Source: an uncultured Bryocella sp. (GTDB lineage Bacteria; Acidobacteriota; Terriglobia; Terriglobales; Acidobacteriaceae). From it: 64,000 nt of DNA. The stretch is taken from positions 5,121-69,120 of the forward strand of contig CAXSCE010000021.1 in assembly GCA_964236545.1 (NCBI GenBank), in the 5' to 3' direction. This document shows positions 20,258-30,092 of this stretch, one piece after another. Under the pieces are notes generated by a model. The model made no database searches and was not told the DNA's origin. It saw nothing but the letters and a program-made list of their open reading frames with translations. Positions within the stretch are counted from its first letter, which is position 1. Each line of letters begins with the position of its first letter. Made by a program: the position numbers and the translations under genes.

Positions 20258-20918
20258 GGTCACGATTGAAACCGGGGGTGTCCTGTTCGATATGGACGGC
20301 GTCTTGGTGAGCTCAATTGAAAGTGTGCGGCGGTGTTGGCGCACCTGGGCCGAGCACTACGGCGTAGAGGACCCGGGAGCCGTTGAGATTCCGCATGGAA
20401 CGAGAGCGGTCGATGTGATGCAGATGTTGAAGCCGGGGGCGGATCTCGTAGAGGGTCTGCGCTTCATCGAAGCGCTTGAGGTGGCCGATGTGGCTGATAC
20501 CCGTGTGCTTGCCGGGGTGCGAGATTTACTGGAGAGCTTACCGGCTCACCGATGGACAGTGGTTACCTCGGCTACGCGTCCATTGGTGGTGAGTCGTCTG
20601 GGTGCTGCCGGGTTGAAGGTGCCAGATCGCCTGGTAACAGCGGAGATGGTGGAGCGGGGCAAACCCGATCCCGAGCCGTACCGAAGAGGGGCAGAGGAGT
20701 TGGGTCTTTCCCCCGCGGACTGTGTGGTGGTGGAAGACGCGGTGACCGGCGTCAAGGCGGGTGTGGCTGCTGGCTGTCGCGTACTCTGCGTGGAGGGTAC
20801 GTATCCAGCTGAGGCGTTGCGCGAGGTGGGCGCTACTTGGGTGGTGCCTTCGCTACGTGAAGTTTCCATTTTGAGCCATGGTGCAGGTATTCGTCTGCAG
20901 CTCAGGCGAGCCAGCTAA
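20250..20918 (+). CDS. HAD-superfamily hydrolase (sugar-phosphate phosphatase-like)
   Basis: LFDMDGVL, VVTSA, GKPDPEPY, VVEDAVTG; start set at ATG 20250, overlapping the pgm stop. Confidence 0.9.
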   Translation: MDEVTIETGGVLFDMDGVLVSSIESVRRCWRTWAEHYGVEDPGAVEIPHGTRAVDVMQMLKPGADLVEGLRFIEALEVADVADTRVLAGVRDLLESLPAHRWTVVTSATRPLVVSRLGAAGLKVPDRLVTAEMVERGKPDPEPYRRGAEELGLSPADCVVVEDAVTGVKAGVAAGCRVLCVEGTYPAEALREVGATWVVPSLREVSILSHGAGIRLQLRRAS

Positions 20919-21098
20919 ACTAGGTATTTTTCCCTCAGACATTTCTGAATACATACGCGCAAATCTTTTGAGGATGATCTGCGATCGCGCTCCATGCGAA
21001 TAGCCGAAAGTTTCGGTTATAGTCTCGAACGCTGTAGCGATGCTGTGCGAATGTAGGAGTAGGTCGCCCGAACCTACTTAGGATGGACGTTACCCACC

Positions 21099-21963
21099 AT
21101 GAGACGCCTGGTTTCTTGCGTTGCTTTATCCCTCTTTGCAGCCACTATGACGTCTTCGATGAGCCTTGCTCAGACTGGAGGAGAGAGATTGCCTCTTCCA
21201 TCGGCGGGGTCGACGAAAACGCCCATCCCGTGGGAGGTGGTATCCATACACCCGCACGATCCGAGCGATACGAATATGAGTTGGGGTGCAGTACCAGACG
21301 GCATCGGGATGAAAGGGGATCGATCTACGCGTACTGCTGAGCCAAGCTTGTGCCTTTGCAGAACCCACCCTGCGGGACGATGAACTCGTTGGAATGCCTG
21401 GTTGGACAAAGAAGGCACGCTATGACGTAGTTGCTCGCGTCGCTTCTGACGACGTTCCTGCATATCAGAAATCTTTAGAGATGAGCATGGAAGAGTCGAT
21501 CAGACATTTGGTCCACTACCAAGCGACACCCGATATGCTGATGGTGAGAAGCCTGCTCGAGGAGCGGTTTGGACTGAAGGCCCACTACGAAACCAGAGTG
21601 CAACCGGTATACAGACTTCGCGTGAGTAAGGAAGGCGCGAAGCTCAAGCGTGCGGCTGATACTGATCATACAAGCGCGAACTGGAGTGCTGGTCTGCTCA
21701 AAGGTACAGGCGTCCCCTCACAGTTCCTGGCAATGATGCTCAGCATACCTTTGGAAAGAAACGTAGTCGATACAACGGATCTATCCGGTCACTTCGACAT
21801 CGAGCTGCACTTTTTGCCCAGGAACTCGCCTCCGAAAGCTGACAGCGATGATCCTGATCTCTTCACCGCCGTTCGTGAGCAACTTGGGCTGCGGTTAGAG
21901 GCTTGGAAAGCGCCAGTACTTGTTTTGGTAATTGACCAGATCCGTGAGCCTACGCCGAATTAA
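21099..21963 (+). pseudogene. TIGR03435-type Acidobacteria-associated protein with a +1 frameshift
   Basis: The N-terminal ORF (signal peptide, WEVVSIHP) joins the C-terminal ORF (RYDVVA, LLEERFGLKAHYETR, VVDTTDLSGHFD, LFTAVREQLGLRL, VIDQIREPTPN) if one G of GGGG 21315-21318 is removed. Confidence 0.8.
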
Positions 21964-22112
21964 TCGGAACTGCACTTAGATTATGTGTGCTGTGATACCA
22001 ACCCCACAGAGCATGGCAGAGGCACTGGGATATCGTGCCAGGCTTTAGCCAGGGACGAAGCAGGTGACCTGTAGGGTTACCGCTACTCGCCAAGTAGCTG
22101 GAATGCAACAAA

Positions 22113-23720
22113 CTAACGGGCAGCTGTTTGTGTTGCTTTGGTCTGATCGGGCAGTTTGTGTTCTTCCAGTGCCAGCGCCTCGGGCATAAAAGTAAGCGCC
22201 TTTTCTATCTGTGGATCGTACTCAGCCCGAACCTTCATGCCGGCGGTCAGGCCGAACTGCGAGGTCAGCAACTCGGATTTGATGGACATCTTGATCCAGG
22301 GCAGGTTGTCGTTGAAGTCCTTGTCGGAAATATCGATTTTTTGGTCTCGTAAGAAGGTTTTAAAGTCCGACAGCATGGCATCGTCGACCGCCATATCCCG
22401 TGTGACGGTGTGATTGGCTAGGTAGTGCTTGGTGAAGTTGAAGAAAATGTAGTGGATCAGAAGCGTATCTTCGGTGCGATTGTCCTTGATCTCGGCAATC
22501 TTCTCGTCAGGTGTGATCCCTCCGCCGCCGTAGACGGTGCGTCCGGAGTCGGTCAGCTTCACCTCTTTGTTGGAGGTGTTCGCCGGCAGCGCGTCGTTGC
22601 GTACATAGTAGTAATCGTAAAGAGAGACGCCGTTGTAGTTTCGTTGGATCAACCGACCCGAAGGCGTGTAGTAGTGATAGGTGGTTAGCGCAAGGCCCGT
22701 GTTTTCGGAGACAGGAAACACGGTCTGCACGAGACCCTTGCCAAAGGTCGTCTCGCCGACGACCAGGGCGCGATCGTGATCCTGCAGGGCGCCCGAGACG
22801 ATCTCGGCTGCCGAGGCCGTGTTGCGGTTCACAAGAATCACAACGGGGTATTTAGCATCCGAACCCTTGGGAGCGCGGTATACCTGATCCTGAAAAGCCC
22901 GGCCGTGCTGCGAAACGACGATCTGGCCCTTCTGGAGGAACTTGTCGGAGACCGCGACGGCTTCATTCAGCAGGCCGCCTGGATTGCCGCGCAGGTCGAT
23001 GAGGAGTCCTTGCAGGTCAGGGCCGAACTTGTCGAGCGCTTCCTGCAGATCGCGTGAGGTCGTTTCCTGAAACTGGGTGATATGGACGTAGCCGATACCA
23101 GGCTTAATCAGGAAGGCCAAATCGATGGACGAACGGTTCACCTCATCGCGTACCAGATCAAAGCTCAGTGGCTTGGCTGAGCCCTCGCGCGCCATTGTGA
23201 CGATGACGTGGGTTCCGCGCGGCCCCTTCAATAGCGTGGCCACGGCTGCCGAGTCCATATTCTCCACCTGCTTGCCATCAACCGAGACGATCGTATCGCC
23301 GGGCCGGATGCCTGCCTTGTAGGAGGGGGTGCCTTCAAAGGGCGTTACGACGATGATCTTGTTGCCTTCAGGCCGGATTTGCATCCCGACGCCGTAATAG
23401 TGGCCGCTCTGGTCCTCGCGCATTTGCGCATAGGCCTTGGGATCGTAGAAGTTCGAGTGCGGATCCAGCACGTGGAGCATGCCGGGGATCGCACCATCGT
23501 AGATGGCCTTGTCCGTGCGCTCGGTATTCATCTTATCGGCGTAGTTGGCTTCGACAAGGGCGTAGACATCGGTAAAGGACCGCATGGAATCGCGAAGGTT
23601 CGATTCATCCGTCGCGGATTGTGCGGCCACCTTGCCACCGACCACGGAACCGGCAAAACCGCAGACCGCCAAGAAGACCGTTGCTGAAAAGAGAGCGCGG
23701 CGTGTGGAGGGGTTCATCAA
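22113..23720 (-). CDS. ctpA: S41 family carboxy-terminal processing protease (PDZ plus catalytic domain)
   Basis: LDPHSNF, DLRGNPGGLL, TASAAEIVSGALQDHDRA, TFGKGLVQ. Confidence 0.93.
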   Translation of the reverse strand: MMNPSTRRALFSATVFLAVCGFAGSVVGGKVAAQSATDESNLRDSMRSFTDVYALVEANYADKMNTERTDKAIYDGAIPGMLHVLDPHSNFYDPKAYAQMREDQSGHYYGVGMQIRPEGNKIIVVTPFEGTPSYKAGIRPGDTIVSVDGKQVENMDSAAVATLLKGPRGTHVIVTMAREGSAKPLSFDLVRDEVNRSSIDLAFLIKPGIGYVHITQFQETTSRDLQEALDKFGPDLQGLLIDLRGNPGGLLNEAVAVSDKFLQKGQIVVSQHGRAFQDQVYRAPKGSDAKYPVVILVNRNTASAAEIVSGALQDHDRALVVGETTFGKGLVQTVFPVSENTGLALTTYHYYTPSGRLIQRNYNGVSLYDYYYVRNDALPANTSNKEVKLTDSGRTVYGGGGITPDEKIAEIKDNRTEDTLLIHYIFFNFTKHYLANHTVTRDMAVDDAMLSDFKTFLRDQKIDISDKDFNDNLPWIKMSIKSELLTSQFGLTAGMKVRAEYDPQIEKALTFMPEALALEEHKLPDQTKATQTAAR

Positions 23721-24006
23721 ACGAAGTGACCTCTAGAAGAATTGCCGATAAGGGTAGACAGCCCTACTCAATTGGACGGAGTATAGCATCCGGGGTAAGC
23801 CGGATTGCGGCCGTAATCTGCCCCTGTTCACGCAGCGCAGGCTCCCGGTCGGGGGTGGGCGTGGGTACAATAAAGTGGATCGCATGAGCGGCGGCAGGTG
23901 CTCAGACGGTCTAAACGTTGCGCCCTCTCTCTAAATGCGCCCATGCAGAGCGCGGGTGGGGCGGAGCGCGTGGCGGGCTGTGGCGAAGCGGAAGTGGTGA
24001 GCAGAA

Positions 24007-26100
24007 ATGAGACTGGTGCGATACAGGGACGCGTTGGCGGTGTTGGTGGTTACGGCAGCAACCACGCTGGGAACTTCAGCCGGAGCGCAGACCGCGACCC
24101 AAAGCGCGGATGCGAACGCGAACCAAAGTGGAACTCAAACTGGAAGCCAGGCAGGGGCGGAGCGATCGTTTCCGGTGCCCGGCGGTGGCTTTACCTCGGG
24201 GGCCTCGCCCTTTCAGGTGCCGCCGGTGCCGCCCGCCACGCCCATCAGCCCGGACGGCACGGTGGTGGAAGACGCGATTGCCCGTGTGAACGACCAGGTG
24301 ATCACTCGCACGGAGTACCAGCGCTCCCAGGAGGGCCTGGTTGCCGAGGCCAAGCAGGACAACTGGACGCCGGCCGAGTTCGAGGACAAGGAACATAATC
24401 TGCTGCGCGACATGATCGATCAGCAGTTGCTGCTTGCCAAAGGCAAGGAGCTCGGGATTACTGGCGACGCCGAAACCGTCCGGCAGCTGGATGAGATACG
24501 CAAGCGCGCCAACCTGCCCGACATGGAAGCCCTGCAAAAGGCGGCCGAGCAGCAAAATGTCTCTTTCGAAGACTTCAAGCAGAACATCCGCAACCAGGCC
24601 ATCACGCAGCAGGTAGTCCGAGAGGATGTCGGCCGGCGCATCAGTCTGACCCCGGCAGAGGAGCAGACCTACTACGAGGCGCATAGGGCGGATTTTGAAC
24701 AGCCCGAGCAGGTGCACCTCAGCGAGATCCTGATCCCTACGCCGGATAGCGCGACCGATGCGCAAATTACGACCGCACAGACCAAGGCCGACACCGTTGA
24801 GGCCAAGCTGAAGGCTGGCGCCAACTTCGCGGCAACGGCCAAAAGTGATTCTGGCGGCCCGACTAACTCGGCGGGTGGCGATCTGGGCGACTTCAAGCGT
24901 GGAACCCTGGGCGACGTTCTGGAAAAGGCGACGTTTTCGCTACCGGTGAGCCAGTTTACCGAGCCCATTCGCACCCGCCAGGGATTTGTCATTCTGCGCG
25001 TGGACAGCCACCAAGCCGCCGGCACGCCGCCGCTGCAGCAGGTGGAGCCGCAGGTGCAGGAAGGCCTGTACATGAGCAAGCTGCAGCCCGCGCTGCGGAC
25101 CTACCTGACCCAGGCCCGGCAGGACGCCTACTACGAGTGCAAGCTGTGTGGGGTGAACGGCTACGCGGACACCGGGGCGACCCGCGAGGAGAGCCGCGTC
25201 AAGTTCACGGCGTACGTGCCGCCTCCGGTGAAGAAGCGGGTCGTCAAGAAGCAACAGGCGGAGCAGGAGCGGGCGGAAAAAGCGGAAAAGCAACTCGCCG
25301 AGGCGCGCGCCAAGCTTTCGGTCAAGCAGCAGGCCAAGGCTGCGGCGAGCGGCGGCACTGGCGGTCTGCGCACCGCGGCTGCTTCCGGCAAGCCGAAGAA
25401 GGTGCGCCGCGAAAAGGTGCGGTACGGGCAGGCGCCCCGCAACGCGCTTCCGGCGGGCTCGCTCGATGTAGCGGCAGTTCCGTCGCTTGGTGCGGCGACG
25501 CCTGAGGAAGCAAACAAAGCTCTGGGCGGCGAGGCCCCGGGTGCGGCCATGGGTTCACCCACCCAGTCCATCACCAGCATTTCCACAGGAACCGGCGTCG
25601 AGGAAGCTCAAAATGATGTTCTGACGCCCAAGGCTGGCCCGGAGCGCAAGACGCGCTTCGCCTCCCGCGAGGTGGATTCCGAGGAGAAGCGGGCCCAGGT
25701 GAAGCTGACGTCAGCGGAGGTCAAGGCCACCAAGCGCCCGATAGCCCCCACGGCCGAGGAAAGCGCCGATGAGAAGGTGCAGGCTGCGCCACTCGGCCTG
25801 GCTGACAAGAATGTCAAAACGGCGAAGAAGCACAAGCGGGCGAAGGACGAGCCTAAAGAACGCCTGCAGGAAAAGGTAAAAGCCCCGGAGCAGCCCCAGG
25901 TCATCGCGCCCACGGCGAATTCAACGCTGGGAAGCTCGGCGACCGGTACCGGCGTTCCGGCCCCGCGCAGCGCCGACCGGACCACCCTGCCTCCGGCCAC
26001 GCCAACGCCCGCGAACCCGGCCGCGCCCGGCCAGCCCATTCCGTCCGTGACCTCGGCGTCACCGAACGCGCCCAATACCACGGCGCAGCCTCCCCAGTAA
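24007..26100 (+). CDS. SurA/PrsA-like parvulin peptidyl-prolyl isomerase with a long Lys/Ala/Pro-rich C-terminal extension
   Basis: Signal peptide, IARVNDQVIT, VHLSEILI, GGDLGDF, EPIRTRQGFVILRV. Confidence 0.85.
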   Translation: MRLVRYRDALAVLVVTAATTLGTSAGAQTATQSADANANQSGTQTGSQAGAERSFPVPGGGFTSGASPFQVPPVPPATPISPDGTVVEDAIARVNDQVITRTEYQRSQEGLVAEAKQDNWTPAEFEDKEHNLLRDMIDQQLLLAKGKELGITGDAETVRQLDEIRKRANLPDMEALQKAAEQQNVSFEDFKQNIRNQAITQQVVREDVGRRISLTPAEEQTYYEAHRADFEQPEQVHLSEILIPTPDSATDAQITTAQTKADTVEAKLKAGANFAATAKSDSGGPTNSAGGDLGDFKRGTLGDVLEKATFSLPVSQFTEPIRTRQGFVILRVDSHQAAGTPPLQQVEPQVQEGLYMSKLQPALRTYLTQARQDAYYECKLCGVNGYADTGATREESRVKFTAYVPPPVKKRVVKKQQAEQERAEKAEKQLAEARAKLSVKQQAKAAASGGTGGLRTAAASGKPKKVRREKVRYGQAPRNALPAGSLDVAAVPSLGAATPEEANKALGGEAPGAAMGSPTQSITSISTGTGVEEAQNDVLTPKAGPERKTRFASREVDSEEKRAQVKLTSAEVKATKRPIAPTAEESADEKVQAAPLGLADKNVKTAKKHKRAKDEPKERLQEKVKAPEQPQVIAPTANSTLGSSATGTGVPAPRSADRTTLPPATPTPANPAAPGQPIPSVTSASPNAPNTTAQPPQ

Positions 26101-26103
26101 GCG

Positions 26104-27279
26104 ATGAAGGACTTCTTCATCGCGGACGCGCCGCGCTTTGAGAATCAGACGATTACGACCTACTTCTGCCTGTCCTCGCTCAGTGTGCGCGAACGGAAGG
26201 GCGGCGGTGGGAAGTACCTGGCACTGGTGCTGGCCGACCGCACCGGTCAGTTCGACGCCCGCATGTGGGAGGAGTTCACCGACGTGCTCGGCAGCTGCGC
26301 CGAAGGCTGCTACGTCAAGGTGCAGGGCCAGATTTCGCGCTATGGGGGCAAGTTTCAGATCACTCTGAACCGCATGCGCTCCGCCGCGGAGGCCGAGGTC
26401 GAACCCGGAGACTTCGTGCCGACCACCCGGTTTGACGTGGAGGGCATGCATGCCGAGCTGCGCGGTTATGTCCAGGCGTTTGTAAACCAATGGCTGCGCC
26501 GCCTGGTGCTCAGTTTTCTGGATGATCCGCAGGTGGGGCCGCTGTTCCGCACCGCACCCGCCGCCAAGCGGCTGCACCATGCCTGGATCGGCGGCCTGCT
26601 GGAGCATGTGCTGCACCTGGTGCGCATCTGCCGCGCTGCAGCGCCGTTCTACCCGGAAGTAAACCCCGATCTGCTGATCGCGGGCGCGGTCCTGCACGAT
26701 ATCGGCAAGATTCGCGAGCTGGCCTGGGGCACCGACTTCCGCTACACGCTGGAGGGCCAGCTCATCGGGCACATCTCCATCGGACAACGCATGCTGGCCG
26801 ACCGGATCACGGCAATGAATGCCGAAATTGCAGGGCAGGCCGGCGAGGATGGGGACTCCCCCGAGCTCTTTCCCGAGCCCCTGCGTCTGCTGCTGGAGCA
26901 CCTGCTGCTGGCTCACCACGGCAAGCTGGAGTTCGGCTCCCCCAAGCTGCCGATGACCCCTGAGGCGCTGCTGCTGAGCACGCTGGATGATTTGGAGGCC
27001 AAGTTCGAGACCATGCGCGGGGAGTTTGCGGCTGGCATCACCGCGGGCCGAGCGCCGGACCAGCCCACGGAGTGGGTTCGGTCGATGGATCGGGCGTTGT
27101 TTGATTCGCGCCGCTACCTCCAGGCTTCCGAAGCACCAAAACCGGGTGCGCCAGACCTGCCCGCAGATCTGGTAGAAGAAACGGAAGTTCCCGCCGAGTC
27201 GCCGGCCCCACCTGAGTCAACGCAGAGACAGGAACCCACGGCAGAGGCGCCGCTCTTTGCCGGCATGGATCGGGAGTAG
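26104..27279 (+). CDS. yhaM: OB-fold plus HD-domain 3'-5' exoribonuclease (YhaM-like)
   Basis: YLALVLADRTGQFDARMW, PAAKRLHHAWIGGLLEH, LHDIGK, GQLIGHI, HHGKLEFGSPKLP. Confidence 0.85.
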   Translation: MKDFFIADAPRFENQTITTYFCLSSLSVRERKGGGGKYLALVLADRTGQFDARMWEEFTDVLGSCAEGCYVKVQGQISRYGGKFQITLNRMRSAAEAEVEPGDFVPTTRFDVEGMHAELRGYVQAFVNQWLRRLVLSFLDDPQVGPLFRTAPAAKRLHHAWIGGLLEHVLHLVRICRAAAPFYPEVNPDLLIAGAVLHDIGKIRELAWGTDFRYTLEGQLIGHISIGQRMLADRITAMNAEIAGQAGEDGDSPELFPEPLRLLLEHLLLAHHGKLEFGSPKLPMTPEALLLSTLDDLEAKFETMRGEFAAGITAGRAPDQPTEWVRSMDRALFDSRRYLQASEAPKPGAPDLPADLVEETEVPAESPAPPESTQRQEPTAEAPLFAGMDRE

Positions 27280-27352
27280 GCTGTCTGCGCATGAGGGTTC
27301 CACACGGATCACGACCTCTCCAGCTGCTCAGCCTTGGTATGATCAAGAACTT

Positions 27353-28552
27353 ATGTTGAGGTTTTCAACCGCGGGGGAGAGTCACGGCGAGGCGCTGGTC
27401 GCGCTCGTCAGCGGTCTGCCCGCGGGTATTCCGTATGACGGCGATTTCCTGAACCGAGAGCTCTGGCGCAGGCAGCAAGGCTATGGCCGTGGCGGCCGGA
27501 TGCGCATTGAGCAGGACACCGCGCACGTGCTGTCCGGGGTGCGGCACGGTCAAACGATCGGCTCTCCCGTGGCGATGACGCTGGCCAACCGCGACTGGAA
27601 GAACTGGGAGGAGCTGCTGCCGGTGGAAGCCGGCGATCCGGCCAAGCACAAGGCCGTCGCGAGCCCACGGCCCGGCCACGCCGATCTGGCCGGAGCCTTA
27701 AAGTATGACTTCAAGGACGCCCGCTATGTGCTGGAGCGAGCGAGTGCAAGGGAGTCCGCGGCGAGGGTAGCCTGCGGTGCGCTGGCCAAGATGCTGTTGC
27801 GTGCGCTGGGGGTTGAGGTCGCCAGTCATGTGACGCGCGTGGGGACCGCCGAGCTGGAAAGGGCTGCCTCCTGGGAGGAGATCGCCGGCCTGTCTGCCCG
27901 CGAGACGGTTCTGCTCAGCTGTGTCGACCCGGAGGCCGAAGTGCGGATGAAATCGCAGGTGGATGCCGCTCTGCGCTCCGGCGACACGGTCGGTGGTGTC
28001 TTTGAGGTGGTGGTGCATGGACTGCCGCCGGGCATTGGCACCCATGTGAACTGGGATGAGCGCCTGGACGGCCTTCTGGCGCAGGCACTGATGAGTTTGC
28101 AGGCGGTGAAGGCCGTGGAGCTCGGGCGAGGGGTCACGGCGGCCGGCTCACCTGGGTCGTCCGTGCACGACGCAATCAGCTATAACGGTCAGCGCGCCGC
28201 GGACGCTGCGGAGAACGGCGACGGCTTTACGCGCTTTACCCGCGAAGGCAACAACGCCGGCGGTGTGGAAGGCGGCATGTCGAACGGGGAAGATGTGGTC
28301 GTGCGGGGGTATCTTAAGCCGATTTCGACTCTGCGTCGGCCTCTGGGCTCAGTCTCGTTTGCGACGCGCGAGGAGACCAAGGCATCGTATGAGCGGTCGG
28401 ATGTCTGCGTCGTGCCCGCGGCCGGTGTCGCGGGCGAGGCGATGGTGGCGCTGACGATCGCGCGTCTGGTGTTGGAGAAGTTCGGCGGCGACTCCCTCCG
28501 GGAGCTGCAGCGCAACTTCGCCGGGTACCGTGAACAGATCCGGGCCTACTGA
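27353..28552 (+). CDS. aroC: Chorismate synthase
   Basis: MLRFSTAGESHG, RRQQGYGRGGRM, PRPGHAD, ERASARE, RSDVC. Confidence 0.97.
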   Translation: MLRFSTAGESHGEALVALVSGLPAGIPYDGDFLNRELWRRQQGYGRGGRMRIEQDTAHVLSGVRHGQTIGSPVAMTLANRDWKNWEELLPVEAGDPAKHKAVASPRPGHADLAGALKYDFKDARYVLERASARESAARVACGALAKMLLRALGVEVASHVTRVGTAELERAASWEEIAGLSARETVLLSCVDPEAEVRMKSQVDAALRSGDTVGGVFEVVVHGLPPGIGTHVNWDERLDGLLAQALMSLQAVKAVELGRGVTAAGSPGSSVHDAISYNGQRAADAAENGDGFTRFTREGNNAGGVEGGMSNGEDVVVRGYLKPISTLRRPLGSVSFATREETKASYERSDVCVVPAAGVAGEAMVALTIARLVLEKFGGDSLRELQRNFAGYREQIRAY

Positions 28553-28563
28553 AGAGGGTGAGT

Positions 28564-29103
28564 ATGTCGACAGTAACGGCCGAAGCGCCGCGCAAGGTGT
28601 ACGAGGTAGTGAAGTATCCCGATCCCGTGCTGGCGCGTGAAGGCGACCGAGTGCGGGAGTTTGGGCCAGATCTGGCTGAATTTGTGGCGGATATGTTCGA
28701 AAGCATGTACGCCGCGCACGGCATCGGCCTGGCGGCGCCGCAGATCGGGGTTTCGCGGCAGATCACGGTCATCGATGTCAGCTTTAAGAAGAATCCCGAG
28801 GACAAGCTCGTGCTGATCAACCCGGAGATCATCGCGCGGCGGGGCGAGCAGTACGAGGAAGAGGGCTGCTTGAGCCTGCCCGAGATCCGGGACAAGGTGA
28901 AACGGTCGGCCTGGGTGAAGGTGCGTGCCCAGGATGTGACCGGCGCGTGGTTTGAGGTGGAGGGCGAAGAGCTGCTGTCTCGTGCGCTGCAGCATGAGAT
29001 TGATCACCTGCACGGCAAATTGTTCATCGACCGCCTGAGCCGGTTGAAACGCGACCTGGTGGGCCGGCGCATCCGCAAGCTGCAAAAGCAGGGCGAATGG
29101 TAG
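28564..29103 (+). CDS. def: Peptide deformylase
   Basis: GIGLAAPQIG, EGCLS, QHEIDHLHG. Confidence 0.97.
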   Translation: MSTVTAEAPRKVYEVVKYPDPVLAREGDRVREFGPDLAEFVADMFESMYAAHGIGLAAPQIGVSRQITVIDVSFKKNPEDKLVLINPEIIARRGEQYEEEGCLSLPEIRDKVKRSAWVKVRAQDVTGAWFEVEGEELLSRALQHEIDHLHGKLFIDRLSRLKRDLVGRRIRKLQKQGEW

Positions 29104-29113
29104 GCCGCAGCCG

Positions 29114-30052
29114 GTGAAGCTGGTATTTTGCGGCACCCCCGCGTTCGCCGTGCCGACACTCCGTGCGGTTCTGGCTGCCGGACACGAGGTCCCACTGGTG
29201 CTGACGCAGCCCGACCGCCCTGCCGGCCGCAAGCTCGAAACACAGGCTCCGCCCGTGAAGCAACTGGCGCTGGAGCACGGTCTGGAGGTACTGCAGCCGG
29301 AACGCATCAAGCGGAACGATGACCTGCGCCGGCAGCTCGAAGCAGCCAAGCCCGACGCGATTTTGGTTGTAGCCTATGGCCGCATCATCCCGGACTGGAT
29401 GCTGACCCTGCCGCGGTTTGGCAACCTGAACCTGCACGGCTCGTTGCTGCCGAAATATCGCGGTGCAGCACCGATTCAGTGGGCCGTGGCCAATGGGGAA
29501 GGCGAGACCGGCGTGACCACCATGCGGCTCGACGCCGGGCTGGATACGGGCGATGTGCTTTTGGAGGAACGCCTGCCCATCGGCCCCGAAACCACCGCCG
29601 GCGAGCTGTTTGGTCAGTTGGCAGAGGTGGGAGCCGGGCTGATGTTGCGCACTCTGGACGGGCTGGCGGCGGGTACATTGACGGCAAAGCCGCAGGATCA
29701 CGCGAGGGCAACACTCGCGCCTATTCTCACCCGTGAAGATGGGCGGCTGGCGTTGCCCGAGCACGGGGCGCAGCAGGCCTACGATCGCTGGCGGGGCTTC
29801 TATCCCTGGCCGGGCGCCTGGGCGACCTTCCGGGGCAAACGATTTCTGGTGCACAGCTTGCGGCCGGTTGCTGCTCCCGTCGAGGGCCTGCCTCCTGGCG
29901 AGCTCCGGTTCAGCGAAGGCCGGCTGCTGGCAGGCGCTGCGGACGGGGGCGCGCTGCATCTGCTGGATGTGCAGCTCGAAGGCAAGCCGCGCCTGGCCGG
30001 CTCGGCCTTCCCTCGCGACTTCCAGCTGCGGGTGGGAGAACGGCTTGAGTAA
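29114..30052 (+). CDS. fmt: Methionyl-tRNA formyltransferase
   Basis: FCGTPAFA, TQPDRPAGR, NLHGSLLPKYRGAAPIQWA, LDTGD; GTG start. Confidence 0.97.
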   Translation: MKLVFCGTPAFAVPTLRAVLAAGHEVPLVLTQPDRPAGRKLETQAPPVKQLALEHGLEVLQPERIKRNDDLRRQLEAAKPDAILVVAYGRIIPDWMLTLPRFGNLNLHGSLLPKYRGAAPIQWAVANGEGETGVTTMRLDAGLDTGDVLLEERLPIGPETTAGELFGQLAEVGAGLMLRTLDGLAAGTLTAKPQDHARATLAPILTREDGRLALPEHGAQQAYDRWRGFYPWPGAWATFRGKRFLVHSLRPVAAPVEGLPPGELRFSEGRLLAGAADGGALHLLDVQLEGKPRLAGSAFPRDFQLRVGERLE

Positions 30053-30092
30053 ATCTCCCTCACCACCACGGGCGTCCACCGGACCGATCAGC

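Noticed and set aside
20920-22110. Search for a dif site near the apparent skew change (TTATGT at about 21981)
   Set aside because: No convincing XerC/XerD arm pair with a 6-bp spacer.
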